DNA from: a virus
Virus record (IMG/VR): IMGVR_UViG_3300006141_000016
Length of the DNA stretch: 57,386 bases
Reading direction: 5' to 3' (one strand)
Below the pieces are notes generated by a model. It saw only the letters and a list, made by a program, of their open reading frames with translations, was not told the origin of the DNA and did no database searches. Every line of letters starts with the position of its first letter. The first letter of the stretch is position 1. Shown here in pieces: positions 8,228 through 17,084 of this stretch. A program made the translations under genes and the position numbers.

Positions 8228-9199
8228 ATGAGTAGAATTATTGCAATTGACGCAGGGCACGGGATGGGGACATTCGGCAAGCGTTGCTTGAAAAGCATCG
8301 ATCCGGCCCAGACCAGGGAGTGGTACCTGAACGACCGGATCGCCGATCTGGTGGAAGCGGACCTGAAAAAGCATTATGACTGCACCGTCATGCGGGTGGA
8401 CGATACCACCGGGGCAAAGGATATCAGCCTTTCCGCCAGGGTAAAAGCGGCCAACAATGTAAAGGTGGATTTTTACCTGAGCATCCACCACAATGCCGGG
8501 ATTAACGGCGGCGCCGGCGGCGGGACGGTGGTATTTTACTATAATGATGCGGAGATGCGGGCCAAGGCGCAGCGCCTCTATAATGCGGTCATAGCCCGGA
8601 CCGGCCTGGTGGGCAACCGGAGCAGCAAGGTAGCGGTCGGCGATCTGTACGTGATCAGGTACACTACCATGCCGGCGCTTCTGCTGGAAAATGGCTTTAT
8701 GGATTCCACCCACGACACGCCGATCCTCTTGACGGCAGCCCATGCCCAAAAGACGGCGCAGGGGATTGTGGATTTCCTGGTCAAGGAGCTGGGACTCAGC
8801 AAAAATGAATCGGTGCAGGATACTCCCGCATCTGATAAGCCGCAGGAGAATGGTCCTTACATCACTGTGAACAAGGGAGACACGCTCTCCAGAATCGGAA
8901 AGAGAATAGGAGTGGCGTGGAAGGACATTGCCGACCTGAACGGCCTGGTAAGCCCGTACACGCTTCATGTGGGGCAGAAGCTCTATATTCCGTCCAAGGC
9001 ATCCATGCAGTATTATCCGGCATATACGGGAAAAAAGACCACTCTGGCGGCAGCATTGACCAGTATTGGGGTAAGCAGCAGCTATTCCTTCCGGGTGAAG
9101 ATTGCAAAGGCCAACGGGATCACGGGCTATCTTGGCACCGCGGCCCAGAATACCCGGATGTATAATCTGCTGGTGGCCGGACTGCTGAAGAGAGTATAG
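8228..9199 (+). CDS. Endolysin: N-acetylmuramoyl-L-alanine amidase (Amidase_3) with a LysM domain
   Basis: IAIDAGHG, SIHHNA and LLENGFMDS motifs, plus LysM (YITVNKGDTLSRIGKRIGV...LHVGQKLYIP). AAGGAGGAA RBS; an alternative GTG lies at 8222. Confidence 0.9.
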   Translation: MSRIIAIDAGHGMGTFGKRCLKSIDPAQTREWYLNDRIADLVEADLKKHYDCTVMRVDDTTGAKDISLSARVKAANNVKVDFYLSIHHNAGINGGAGGGTVVFYYNDAEMRAKAQRLYNAVIARTGLVGNRSSKVAVGDLYVIRYTTMPALLLENGFMDSTHDTPILLTAAHAQKTAQGIVDFLVKELGLSKNESVQDTPASDKPQENGPYITVNKGDTLSRIGKRIGVAWKDIADLNGLVSPYTLHVGQKLYIPSKASMQYYPAYTGKKTTLAAALTSIGVSSSYSFRVKIAKANGITGYLGTAAQNTRMYNLLVAGLLKRV

Positions 9200-9224
9200 C
9201 TGCGACGTCGCAACGGCAGAAAAG

Positions 9225-9247
9225 GGCGGTAGGGTTACCCTGCCGCC
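9225..9247. terminator. GC-rich hairpin, bidirectional terminator candidate
   Basis: GGCGGTAGGG-tta-CCCTGCCGCC. The T-run is on the minus side (TTTTCTGCC). Near-identical hairpin at 43770..43793. Confidence 0.5.
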
Positions 9248-9306
9248 TGCTCTGAAAACAGTCATAATGTTTAAAATAATTCGATGTTGTTTTTGGTAAT
9301 TTTAAG

Positions 9307-9330
9307 CGGTTAGCAACACGTTAGCAACAA
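9307..9330 (+). repeat. attP-region repeat CGGTTAGCAACACGTTAGCAACAA (copy 1)
   Basis: 24-mer, itself a tandem GTTAGCAACA(C). It recurs at 9505..9528 with one mismatch, flanking an AT-rich non-coding stretch next to int. Confidence 0.8.
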
Positions 9331-9504
9331 ATTTTACTGAGAAATGCAATAATATCACGGTTTGACTCCATATTTTATTAACACATCCCTTAAAATTGAG
9401 CAAAACGGCGGATATGACAAAACCGCAGAAAATGCCCTGTATATATAGGGTTCCGCTCATTTTTAAGGCAATTTTCATCCGTAAAAAATCGGTGAAAATC
9501 AGAA

Positions 9505-9528
9505 CGGTTAGCAACACGTTAGCGACAA
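9505..9528 (+). repeat. attP-region repeat (copy 2)
   Basis: CGGTTAGCAACACGTTAGCGACAA, ending immediately before the int stop codon (int occupies 9529..10653). Confidence 0.8.
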
Positions 9529-10653
9529 TCATTTACCTATCTTATTGATTTCAGCCCTGAGTTCATCAAGAGTTCTGTGCCCATATTTTAAATCTGTCAC
9601 ATCATTCCCCAGTGCATGCCCCATAAGCATTTTCTTAGACAGTGCGTTTACATTATATTTATCACACAACCAGGAAAAGGTGTGCCTGCAGTCATGTGGG
9701 GTATGGTCCGTTATCCCAATATCCTTCAGCGCAGCGGAAAAAAAGGATCGGAATTGAACAGCCGGCGATGTAAAAAGGGGATTGTCTCTGTGGATGAAGG
9801 GGACTATTCCTTTATTGAATGGAACGATTCTGTTCTTGCCGGCAGCTGTCTTTACGCCTCCCTGGAAGTACTGCTGTTCCATATTGATTTCAAGCTTCTG
9901 GTATGCGGAGATCCGGAAGCCGCTGTAGATCATGATAAGCACGGCCTGCAGAATGTCATTTCCTTCTGCATGCGTCCAGATCAGGGAAAGCTCCTGCTCT
10001 GTAAAGGGTTCTCCTTTTTCATCATCATCGGGTGTATTGATCCTGACATGGTCAGAATACTTTCTGTCACATATGTCATGGGCATATGCGTAGTCATACA
10101 TTTGACGGAAAAGGTTTACAATGTGTTCTTTTGTGGCATGCTTTTTGGAACAGTTGTCAACTACCATTTGTAAATCTTCTGTTTTTATGTTATGGAAGGG
10201 CATATCGTGAAGCGCGGCCGCCTGATTGTACGCGGCTTTTGTAGCTCCAATAGAAGATTTAGAGTAAATGCGTGTCTTATCTCTTTCGTATTTATAAGAA
10301 AAAAATTCTTTATATACTTCAGAGAAGGATTTTGTCTGAGCGGCGTCCCGCGTCTGGCGGTTATAGGAGGCAATGATCCTGGATACCACATCCTGTCCTT
10401 TATCAGACTGGCTGATTGCTGGAGCAGAGAAGTGACCTGGATCAAATGAGCCGGCCCTGTATTCCATCAGGGCATAAAAGCCTGTGTACCAGTCCGAAAC
10501 ATAGCACAGTGCTTTCGGGGTTTTAGGGGAACCGTTTGGAGAAAATTCCGTGGTGGGAGGATATACGGCATATGGGTTTGTCCGGTTGCCGGACAGTTTT
10601 TTGATGCTTCCGAATCCGTTTGGCAGTTTTGGGTGTTTTGGTCTTCTTGACAT
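9529..10653 (-). CDS. int: Tyrosine integrase (site-specific recombinase)
   Basis: C-terminal catalytic motifs HDCRHTF, LMGHA and YGHRT. 374 aa. AAGGAGGA RBS. Confidence 0.9.
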   Translation of the reverse strand: MSRRPKHPKLPNGFGSIKKLSGNRTNPYAVYPPTTEFSPNGSPKTPKALCYVSDWYTGFYALMEYRAGSFDPGHFSAPAISQSDKGQDVVSRIIASYNRQTRDAAQTKSFSEVYKEFFSYKYERDKTRIYSKSSIGATKAAYNQAAALHDMPFHNIKTEDLQMVVDNCSKKHATKEHIVNLFRQMYDYAYAHDICDRKYSDHVRINTPDDDEKGEPFTEQELSLIWTHAEGNDILQAVLIMIYSGFRISAYQKLEINMEQQYFQGGVKTAAGKNRIVPFNKGIVPFIHRDNPLFTSPAVQFRSFFSAALKDIGITDHTPHDCRHTFSWLCDKYNVNALSKKMLMGHALGNDVTDLKYGHRTLDELRAEINKIGK

Positions 10654-10731
10654 TGTATCATCCTCCTTGTGAAATGTGCACAGCGATCAGCTGATATCCT
10701 ACGCTTAAAATTTGGCTGATCTGCATAAATG

Positions 10732-10752
10732 GGTACAAAAAAGGTACAAAAA
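10732..10752 (+). repeat. Tandem GGTACAAAAA x2 (11-bp register), 80-100 bp upstream of int
   Basis: GGTACAAAAA at 10732 and 10743. Shares the GGTACAA core of the conserved promoter motif. Confidence 0.7.
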
Positions 10753-10898
10753 TAACAGTCGGCGAAAATTTCGCTTGCAGGCTGCTCTCGGAGATGATAC
10801 AATCATTGTAGGTTTGTGAGACCTGATTGTATCCCTCCGGGGTATATCTAAAGCCGTTCGGTGTTGGCGCACCGGGCGGTTTTACTTTGGTATAAAAC

Positions 10899-10933
10899 GC
10901 TCCGTTTTTTCCAACTTGTGCCTGGGACGGAGC
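10899..10933 (-). terminator. Hairpin downstream of the TM2-domain gene
   Basis: GCTCCGT...ACGGAGC 7-bp stem (large loop) followed on the minus strand by GTTTTAT. Confidence 0.35.
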
Positions 10934-10951
10934 TTTTGCTACAAAGCGGTT

Positions 10952-11413
<462 letters not shown>

Positions 11414-11456
11414 TTATCCCCCTTTTCTTTAGATTTTATCAAATCGCCGTAGCGGT

Positions 11457-11672
11457 TTAATCATTATGTGCTTCATATTCTATTTTTTGCACATCCTCTT
11501 TACAGAAATCATTTTCTGTTATATGCCTTAAAGCATGATAATAATACTTCAACTGACTGTCCCTTGACAATCTGGCATTTAAAAAGATTGTGTATGAATC
11601 ATCAGCATTCTTGACCAGATGCTCCGGAACCATGGTGTCCATGTCTATAATCTGTACATTTATTTCTTCCAA
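11457..11672 (-). CDS. Small protein downstream of the repressor, function unknown
   Basis: 71-aa ORF co-oriented with the CI-like gene. YYHALRHI is only vaguely ImmA-like, with no HExxH. Confidence 0.5.
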   Translation of the reverse strand: MEEINVQIIDMDTMVPEHLVKNADDSYTIFLNARLSRDSQLKYYYHALRHITENDFCKEDVQKIEYEAHND

Positions 11673-11723
11673 TCAAATCACCCCTTGTATATAATACAAT
11701 ATTTTGAGTCCGATAAAACGGAC

Positions 11724-12098
11724 TTAAAAATTACTTTCCTTTTCCTGATCATACAGATTCTTCATAAAGTCCATATGTGCCTTAAACCGATCCGGTGGCA
11801 TTGTGCGCTTCATATGGAAGAGGGAGCGCATGTCTTCATCCTCAAACATTTCCTGGGCAAGTTTGGCGGTTTCTTCATTGGTGTAATATATTGGAGAATC
11901 TTCTTTTTCTTCGCCTGTCGTTAGGTATTCAACGGAAACACCTAGAAAATCAGCTATTTTTTGAATTTTATCAACACTCGGTGTTATAGTCTTAAACTTT
12001 CCTATATAACTTCTGGCAAAACCGAGTTCTTGTTCCAATTTATTTATTGAATACCCTTTGTTTTTTGCAGCCTCTTTTACGTTCTCATATAGTCCCAT
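11724..12098 (-). CDS. CI-like repressor (XRE-family HTH)
   Basis: HTH segment YSINKLEQELGFARSYIGKF. GGAGG RBS 8 nt before ATG 12098. Divergent from the Cro-like gene. Confidence 0.85.
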   Translation of the reverse strand: MGLYENVKEAAKNKGYSINKLEQELGFARSYIGKFKTITPSVDKIQKIADFLGVSVEYLTTGEEKEDSPIYYTNEETAKLAQEMFEDEDMRSLFHMKRTMPPDRFKAHMDFMKNLYDQEKESNF

Positions 12099-12131
12099 AG
12101 TAAATTCCTCCAAATTTTGCGTAATTTACTA

Positions 12132-12159
12132 TTGACATACGTAAAATCTTGTGTATAAT
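12132..12159 (+). promoter_or_regulatory. Sigma-A-type promoter toward the Cro-like gene (TTGACA-16-TATAAT)
   Basis: Perfect -35 and -10 hexamers are visible. Confidence 0.65.
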
Positions 12160-12233
12160 AGAATTATAGATACGCAAGATTTTGCGAATGTTCAAAATAA
12201 ATAGCAGATATTCTTTTTGTTGGTCGCACTTCA

Positions 12234-12262
12234 AATATAGAATATTTTGCGCAATTTGTCAA
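12234..12262 (-). promoter_or_regulatory. Sigma-A-type promoter toward the CI-like gene (TTGACA-17-TATATT)
   Basis: Read on the minus strand. It lies to the right of the + promoter, so the two would be convergent (face-to-face). Confidence 0.5.
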
Positions 12263-12306
12263 TATAAAAATCGCTAAATTTTGCGTTTTTTAAAGGAGGT
12301 GAGAAA

Positions 12307-12489
12307 TTGCTTTACGATAATGTGAAAGCCATATGCAAAGAAAAGAAGATAACCGTGTCGCGTCTGGAGACAGAACTTGGTTTTCCCAGGAGCAGTATCC
12401 GCAAGTGGAATACGAACGAACCGAGCGTGGGTAAGGTGAAAAAGGTGGCTGATTTCTTCGGCAAGCCAATCGAGTATTTTCTGGAGTAG
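12307..12489 (+). CDS. Cro-like XRE-family HTH regulator
   Basis: TTG start after AAAGGAGGTGA. 60 aa. HTH segment ITVSRLETELGFPRSSIRKW. Confidence 0.8.
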   Translation: MLYDNVKAICKEKKITVSRLETELGFPRSSIRKWNTNEPSVGKVKKVADFFGKPIEYFLE

Positions 12490-12506
12490 GAAGGGGAGGT
12501 GAGGAA

Positions 12507-12668
12507 GTGGAAGAAGAAACGAAAAATATATTTGCTGAAGAGAGAGAACTTCTCCACAAGCAGTTGGAGCTACTTGCGGAGAAGTCCAAAGAGAGTTGTT
12601 CATATGAATCTCTTTCAATGCTTACAGAGCAGATGGTAAATATTTACTCCACATTGAATCCTTATTAG
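12507..12668 (+). CDS. Small helical protein (53 aa)
   Basis: GTG start after GGGGAGGTGAGGAA. The ORF is below the track cutoff. Confidence 0.4.
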   Translation: MEEETKNIFAEERELLHKQLELLAEKSKESCSYESLSMLTEQMVNIYSTLNPY

Positions 12669-12889
12669 GGTTCACGCTTTGTGACTTCGATTGCCATCAA
12701 ATTATCTCCCAAGACAGTGTAATTTCCACTATCGCTATGAAGATACATTGTCTGCAATGGGATATTGGCAGTAAGAATTTCATCACCGGAAATATCCTTA
12801 AGCCCTTCGGATGTTTGAATGGTGATTTTGGTGATATCGCTTGCGCTATACGCACTGTCGTTTAAGTAAATAAAGCGGAAATCAAACAT
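12665..12889 (-). CDS. Small minus-strand protein (74 aa) antisense to the early transcript
   Basis: AAAGGAGAA RBS 8 nt before ATG 12889 (MFDFRFIYLNDSAYS...). The longer 116-aa ORF in the track has no RBS. Confidence 0.5.
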   Translation of the reverse strand: MFDFRFIYLNDSAYSASDITKITIQTSEGLKDISGDEILTANIPLQTMYLHSDSGNYTVLGDNLMAIEVTKREP

Positions 12890-12961
12890 TGTAGTATTCT
12901 CCTTTCTTCCGTATTCCAGATGGCGGTCTGGTACATACAGTATAGGAGATAAGCAGACAAA

Positions 12962-13036
12962 AAGCAATAAAAACGCCCCGGCGGTGCAGCGAACACCCCG
13001 GAGCATGGCAACCAACTAAGTAAGTAGCTGATTGTG
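12962..13036 (-). ncRNA. Candidate ~70-nt antisense small RNA or attenuator
   Basis: Bounded by the promoter at 13043..13071 and the intrinsic terminator CCGGGGTG..CACCGCCGGGG + CGTTTTTATTGCTTTTTG. Confidence 0.35.
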
Positions 13037-13042
13037 GAACTA

Positions 13043-13071
13043 ATTCTACCATAAAATTCCACATGATGCAA
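13043..13071 (-). promoter_or_regulatory. Minus-strand promoter TTGCAT-17-TAGAAT
   Basis: Hexamers and 17-nt spacing read on the reverse complement. No + or - CDS overlaps it. Confidence 0.5.
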
Positions 13072-13102
13072 GAACAAATGTTCTGAAATGGAGGAAAATT
13101 TT

Positions 13103-13261
13103 ATGGATGAAATCAGATTACGGTCAAAGAGGGACCGGGAGCCTATGACAGATGAGCGGCTGAAGCTTGTCCTGACCTACGTCATGTACCTGATTGGCGA
13201 GGTTCTGGGATTTGGGCTGGCATTTGTCTTTATCCTCTGCATGGCCGGGGTATTGAAATAA
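13103..13261 (+). CDS. Small membrane protein (52 aa)
   Basis: GGAGGAAAA RBS. TM segment LVLTYVMYLIGEVLGFGLAFVFILCMAGV. Confidence 0.5.
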   Translation: MDEIRLRSKRDREPMTDERLKLVLTYVMYLIGEVLGFGLAFVFILCMAGVLK

Positions 13262-13275
13262 GGGGGTGGCCTGTC

Positions 13276-13461
13276 ATGACAGAGTACATATACACAGTGA
13301 TCAGAGAGTATCCCGACGGGAGCCGGGCGAAGCGTAAGAGGGAACACCACCGATGCAAGCCTGATTTAAAGATCGGCGGACTTTACACCCATCTTGGCGG
13401 ACTTCCGGGGATGCAGCGGGTTCTGGCAGTGGACACTGAAGAATGGCCAGATTGGGAATGA
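13276..13461 (+). CDS. Hypothetical early protein
   Basis: 61-aa ORF with a GGGGGTGG RBS-like stretch. Confidence 0.5.
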   Translation: MTEYIYTVIREYPDGSRAKRKREHHRCKPDLKIGGLYTHLGGLPGMQRVLAVDTEEWPDWE

Positions 13462-13493
13462 TAAGGACTCTGTGCAGGAGGGAGGTGATACAG

Positions 13494-13715
13494 GTGAGTG
13501 AAAGGGTAACTGTGGACGAAGCCGCAAAAATCCTTGGAATGTCTAAACAGGGGCTCCGGGAACATATGAAGAGAAACCTGTTTGCTACTCCGATCGGAGA
13601 AGTGACTAAAGTTAGCAAGGGGCGGTATCAGTACCATATATATCGAAGCATGCTGGACAAGCATATCGGAAAAACAGGAGGTTTGGGAGGGGCGGTGGCA
13701 GCAGACAATTCCTGA
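13494..13715 (+). CDS. Small HTH DNA-binding protein (excisionase-like candidate)
   Basis: GTG start after GGAGGGAGGTGA. VTVDEAAKILGMSKQGLREHMKR resembles Xis/MerR-type HTH. Confidence 0.5.
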   Translation: MSERVTVDEAAKILGMSKQGLREHMKRNLFATPIGEVTKVSKGRYQYHIYRSMLDKHIGKTGGLGGAVAADNS

Positions 13716-13848
13716 TTCTATAACCAATCAAATTATCCGTGTCCTGCGCGTGGTGTACAGACACCACAACCCCCTTTCACAAGGTGCGCAGCTTTTGCCA
13801 GGCTGTGCACCCCGCGGAGGGCACGGAGGGAAAGAAAGGAGGAGACAG

Positions 13849-14034
13849 ATGGGAATCAGTAATTACCGCGTAAAGATCCAGTGCGATGACGGGAGAGTGA
13901 CTTATCGGGAATGTAACACCATGGAACAGGCCTGGGAGTATTACGATGAAGTGGATGGGGAAGCAGAGATTCAGCAGTACAATGCGGCGCTGGGCACCTA
14001 TGAGATTGTGGTGTATCCCGCATTCGAATACTAA
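13849..14034 (+). CDS. Hypothetical early protein (61 aa)
   Basis: AAAGGAGGAG RBS before ATG 13849. Confidence 0.55.
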   Translation: MGISNYRVKIQCDDGRVTYRECNTMEQAWEYYDEVDGEAEIQQYNAALGTYEIVVYPAFEY

Positions 14035-14049
14035 GGAAGGAGGAAATCA

Positions 14050-14238
14050 GTGACACACAGGATTTTTAACGCCGGCAACGTGCTGGGCGGGACTGCCTTC
14101 CTTGCCATGATAGGCGTCGTAGGGGCCGCAAGCTGGGCCATAGAAAATGACGGTTCCTACTGGAGTACTATCGCATTTATGGTACTGCTGATCGCATGTG
14201 CATACCTGTCTATACGGGAAGAAGGCAAAAGAAAATAG
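14050..14238 (+). CDS. Small two-TM membrane protein
   Basis: GTG start after AAGGAGGAAA. Two hydrophobic segments. Confidence 0.55.
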   Translation: MTHRIFNAGNVLGGTAFLAMIGVVGAASWAIENDGSYWSTIAFMVLLIACAYLSIREEGKRK

Positions 14239-14326
14239 GCTCCGCCTGCCAACCAAAGCACGGAGCCTACCAAATACTTAAAAATATCTATGCATCCATT
14301 ATAAGGGATGCGGAAAGGAAGGTCAA

Positions 14327-14503
14327 GTGGATTTCGTGTTTTGCAGTTGTGAGGAGTGCGCATACAACCGGGACAGGATGTGCAGAAGGGAATCTATCTC
14401 TATATCCTGGACAACCTCCAATGAGTTCCGTTGCGGAGAACGAATAAGCTATCCGGTATGTGCGGATTATCAGGAGGTTGGAGAAGCAGATGGCACAGAT
14501 TGA
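14327..14503 (+). CDS. Small Cys-rich protein (DUF1540-like pattern)
   Basis: GTG start. FCSCEECAYNRDRMCRRESISI resembles the C..C.YN....C.A..I motif. 58 aa, below the track cutoff. Confidence 0.45.
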   Translation: MDFVFCSCEECAYNRDRMCRRESISISWTTSNEFRCGERISYPVCADYQEVGEADGTD

Positions 14504-14642
14504 GGTAGAGAACATCGTGGTCACTGATTGGTGGTGGGGCGAGCAGGAATACCGGGTGCCCAGCCGGGCCCGGATGAAGAGGGAAAGACAGGCCTATGAA
14601 GAGGCGGAAAGAGAGGACGGGGAAATTGAAGACAGGAGATAA
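14490..14642 (+). CDS. Hypothetical (50 aa)
   Basis: AGGAGG RBS before ATG 14490. Confidence 0.45.
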   Translation: MAQIEVENIVVTDWWWGEQEYRVPSRARMKRERQAYEEAEREDGEIEDRR

Positions 14643-14886
14643 GGTGACATGGGACAGCCAGTCCGGCGGGACATGGACGGAAAAGACCGGTACGGTCATC
14701 AGGGAAGTCCCATCTGGAGAGTCGGCAAAACAGTATGTGCCAGATGGGATAAGGAAATCCCATGTCAAATTTGACAATGTAAGCAAGAATGATAGGGTGC
14801 TTGTGGCCGTTCCGGCCGGCAAGGATGGGAAGATTACCCATTATTACTGCCCGAGGAAAAGCATGCTGGCTGTAAAGGAGGATTAG
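14596..14886 (+). CDS. Hypothetical; GDKVTWDSQSGGTWTEKTGTV resembles the Hva1/TUDOR (DUF2945) pattern
   Basis: The ORF is in the track. The start is uncertain: ATG 14596, or GTG 14644 after AGGAG. Confidence 0.5.
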   Translation: MKRRKERTGKLKTGDKVTWDSQSGGTWTEKTGTVIREVPSGESAKQYVPDGIRKSHVKFDNVSKNDRVLVAVPAGKDGKITHYYCPRKSMLAVKED

Positions 14887-14892
14887 GAGAGC

Positions 14893-15384
14893 ATGAGTAC
14901 ATTGTATGAAATCACAGGAGATTATCTCCGTTTACTGGAAATGTTGGAGGAAGAGGAAAACATTGACCTGCAGGCATTTCAGGACACCTTAGAGGGAATT
15001 GATGGGGAGTTTGAGATTAAGGCTGATGGTTATGCCAGGGTATTGAAGGAGCTTGCGGCCGAAGCGGGGAAATATGACGCTGAAATCCAGCGCATGACCG
15101 CAAGGAGGGATTCTCTTAACAACCGGAGTAAGATGCTCAAACAGCACTTGTATGAGAGCATGAAAGCTACTGGCAAGCTGAAATTCAAGACGGATTTGTT
15201 CAGTTTTGGCATCCAGAAGAATGGCGGTTTACAGCCGATGGAGATTTTACCGGACGTTACAGTCCCGGACGAATACTGCCGGAAGGAGCCTGACAACATG
15301 AAAATCCGTGAAGCGCTCAAAAACGGTGCAGAACTGCCTTTTGCGGTGTTGAAAGAGCGAGGAGATCATTTGGTTATCAGATAA
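14893..15384 (+). CDS. Siphovirus Gp157-family protein
   Basis: N-terminus MSTLYEITGDYLRLLEML...DTLEGI....K, coiled middle and conserved position before the recombination ATPases. Confidence 0.7.
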   Translation: MSTLYEITGDYLRLLEMLEEEENIDLQAFQDTLEGIDGEFEIKADGYARVLKELAAEAGKYDAEIQRMTARRDSLNNRSKMLKQHLYESMKATGKLKFKTDLFSFGIQKNGGLQPMEILPDVTVPDEYCRKEPDNMKIREALKNGAELPFAVLKERGDHLVIR

Positions 15385-15408
15385 AAAATCATAGGAGAAT
15401 AGGGAAGA

Positions 15409-16839
15409 ATGAAAGTATCAAAAATCATTATCAAGAATCTTTTTGGAATTACAGAACAGGAATTGGACAGCCGCAGCGTGGAACTGATCGGCGAGAACGG
15501 AACCGGGAAAACGTCCGTGATTGATGCCATCAAGTATGCGCTGACCAACAAATCGGACCGGGATTACATCGTGCGAAACGGCGAGACAGAGGGCGAAATC
15601 ATTATTGAAACGGATACTGGCCTGAGCATTAACCGGAAATCCCGGACAACGCAGACGGATTTTAAGTCTGTCAAGCAGAATGGGAATATCGTTCCGTCTC
15701 CGGAAGCGTTCCTGCGTGACATTATTACTCCCCTGCAACTGCAGCCTATGGAGTTCATGCGCATGGGTAAGAAAGAGCAGAATGCGACAATACTTAACAT
15801 GATTGATTTTCCGTGGAATATGGAGACAATCCGGGAATGGTTCGGGGAAATTCCGGCAGATGTGAATTATGAGCAGAACATTCTGGCCGTTTTGAATGAC
15901 ATCCAGGCAGAGAACGGTACATACTTCCGTAGCCGGCAGGACGTGAACCGGGACATAAAGTCGAAGAAATCCGTTGTAAATGACATCAAGGCAGCATTGC
16001 CGCAGGACTATGACGGCAGCAAGTGGGAAAGTGTCAATGTTGGGGAGCTGTACACCCAGATTGAGAAAATTCGTAAGTCTAATGAGCAAATTGAAAAGGC
16101 AAAGCGGCTGAAAGACGGGTTTGAGAACAAACTCCGGGCGATTGAAGCTGATAGAGATATTGCCTTGTCTGCCTTGAATAGTGAAATGGCGGCAAAAGAG
16201 CGGAACATTGACACGCAGCTTGCCACACTGAAAGAGCAGATTAATTCCCTTGAAAAAGAGAAATCCGGCTTATCTTCTGTTAGAGCGGATCGGGAAAAGG
16301 TCATTCAGAGCGAATATCGGGAGAACGTGGCAAAGCATGAATCTACTGTAGCCGCTTATTCGGAATATGCAGACAAGGAACCGCAGCCGGTGGATGCGCT
16401 GCTGAAAAAGGCAGAGGAAACCGAGAAGATGAAATCCCATATTAACGAGTGGCACCGGATGCTGTCTTTACAGAAAGATATTGAAGAACTGACAAAGAAG
16501 TCCACTTCCTACACGGAGAAGATTGAGAAAGCCCGGAATCTGCCCGGTGAGATTTTGGAGAAAGCCACGATTCCGATTGATGGGTTGTCCGTCAAGGATG
16601 GTATTCCGCTTATCAACGGACTTCCGGTAAGCAATCTGTCAGAGGGTGAGAAGCTTGACCTTTGCATTGATGTGGCAATCCAGAATCCGGCAGGATTGCA
16701 GATTATCCTTATTGATGGAGTGGAGAAGCTGTCTACGGAAATGCGTGAGCGGCTGTACAGTAAGTGCAAGGAAAAGGGATTGCAGTTCATTTCCACACGT
16801 ACCACGGATAGCAAGGAATTAACTGTGATTGAACTGTAA
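15409..16839 (+). CDS. SMC/RecF/SbcC-like AAA ATPase
   Basis: Walker A GENGTGKTS, a long coiled-coil middle, and C-terminal LSEGEK...ILIDGVEKLS (signature motif and Walker B). Confidence 0.8.
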   Translation: MKVSKIIIKNLFGITEQELDSRSVELIGENGTGKTSVIDAIKYALTNKSDRDYIVRNGETEGEIIIETDTGLSINRKSRTTQTDFKSVKQNGNIVPSPEAFLRDIITPLQLQPMEFMRMGKKEQNATILNMIDFPWNMETIREWFGEIPADVNYEQNILAVLNDIQAENGTYFRSRQDVNRDIKSKKSVVNDIKAALPQDYDGSKWESVNVGELYTQIEKIRKSNEQIEKAKRLKDGFENKLRAIEADRDIALSALNSEMAAKERNIDTQLATLKEQINSLEKEKSGLSSVRADREKVIQSEYRENVAKHESTVAAYSEYADKEPQPVDALLKKAEETEKMKSHINEWHRMLSLQKDIEELTKKSTSYTEKIEKARNLPGEILEKATIPIDGLSVKDGIPLINGLPVSNLSEGEKLDLCIDVAIQNPAGLQIILIDGVEKLSTEMRERLYSKCKEKGLQFISTRTTDSKELTVIEL

Positions 16840-16894
16840 CTATGGGAAAGGCGGGGCAGTTTAAAGGCTGTCCTGCTGAATTAGGAGAGTGGAT

Positions 16895-17062
16895 ATGGAA
16901 ACTTTACCATTAAACTGTGAGTGCGGTTGCATGGAAACAGAGGAAAGAAATGTCTATAAAGAGGATATTTGCGGAATATTTACTCCTGTTGAATGGGATT
17001 TGCATTGTAAAAAATGCGGTAAGTATTTAGGACATTTCGCATATGGACATTGGGAATATTAG
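16895..17062 (+). CDS. Small zinc-ribbon-like protein (55 aa)
   Basis: GGAGAG RBS. Cys pairs CECGC and CKKCG. Confidence 0.45.
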   Translation: METLPLNCECGCMETEERNVYKEDICGIFTPVEWDLHCKKCGKYLGHFAYGHWEY

Positions 17063-17084
17063 GAGATTGGAGGATTAGGGAAAT

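Larger units (their letters stand above)
12114..12285. promoter_or_regulatory. Immunity switch region with four ATTTTGCG operator-like repeats
   Basis: ATTTTGCG at 12114, 12179, 12244 and 12278. Partial palindromes are present (CGCAAgaTTTTGCG, TTGCGCAA). Confidence 0.55.

Noticed and set aside
8192-9265. 357-aa minus-strand ORF covering the endolysin gene
   Set aside because: It is antisense to a CDS with unambiguous Amidase_3 and LysM motifs, has no RBS, and is low-complexity Arg/Gly/Pro-rich. This is a typical shadow ORF of a GC-rich coding region.
9302-9532. 76-aa minus-strand ORF in the attP-like region
   Set aside because: Both of its ends (VANVLLT) are translations of the 24-bp repeats. 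The region is AT-rich and non-coding, and the ORF has no RBS.
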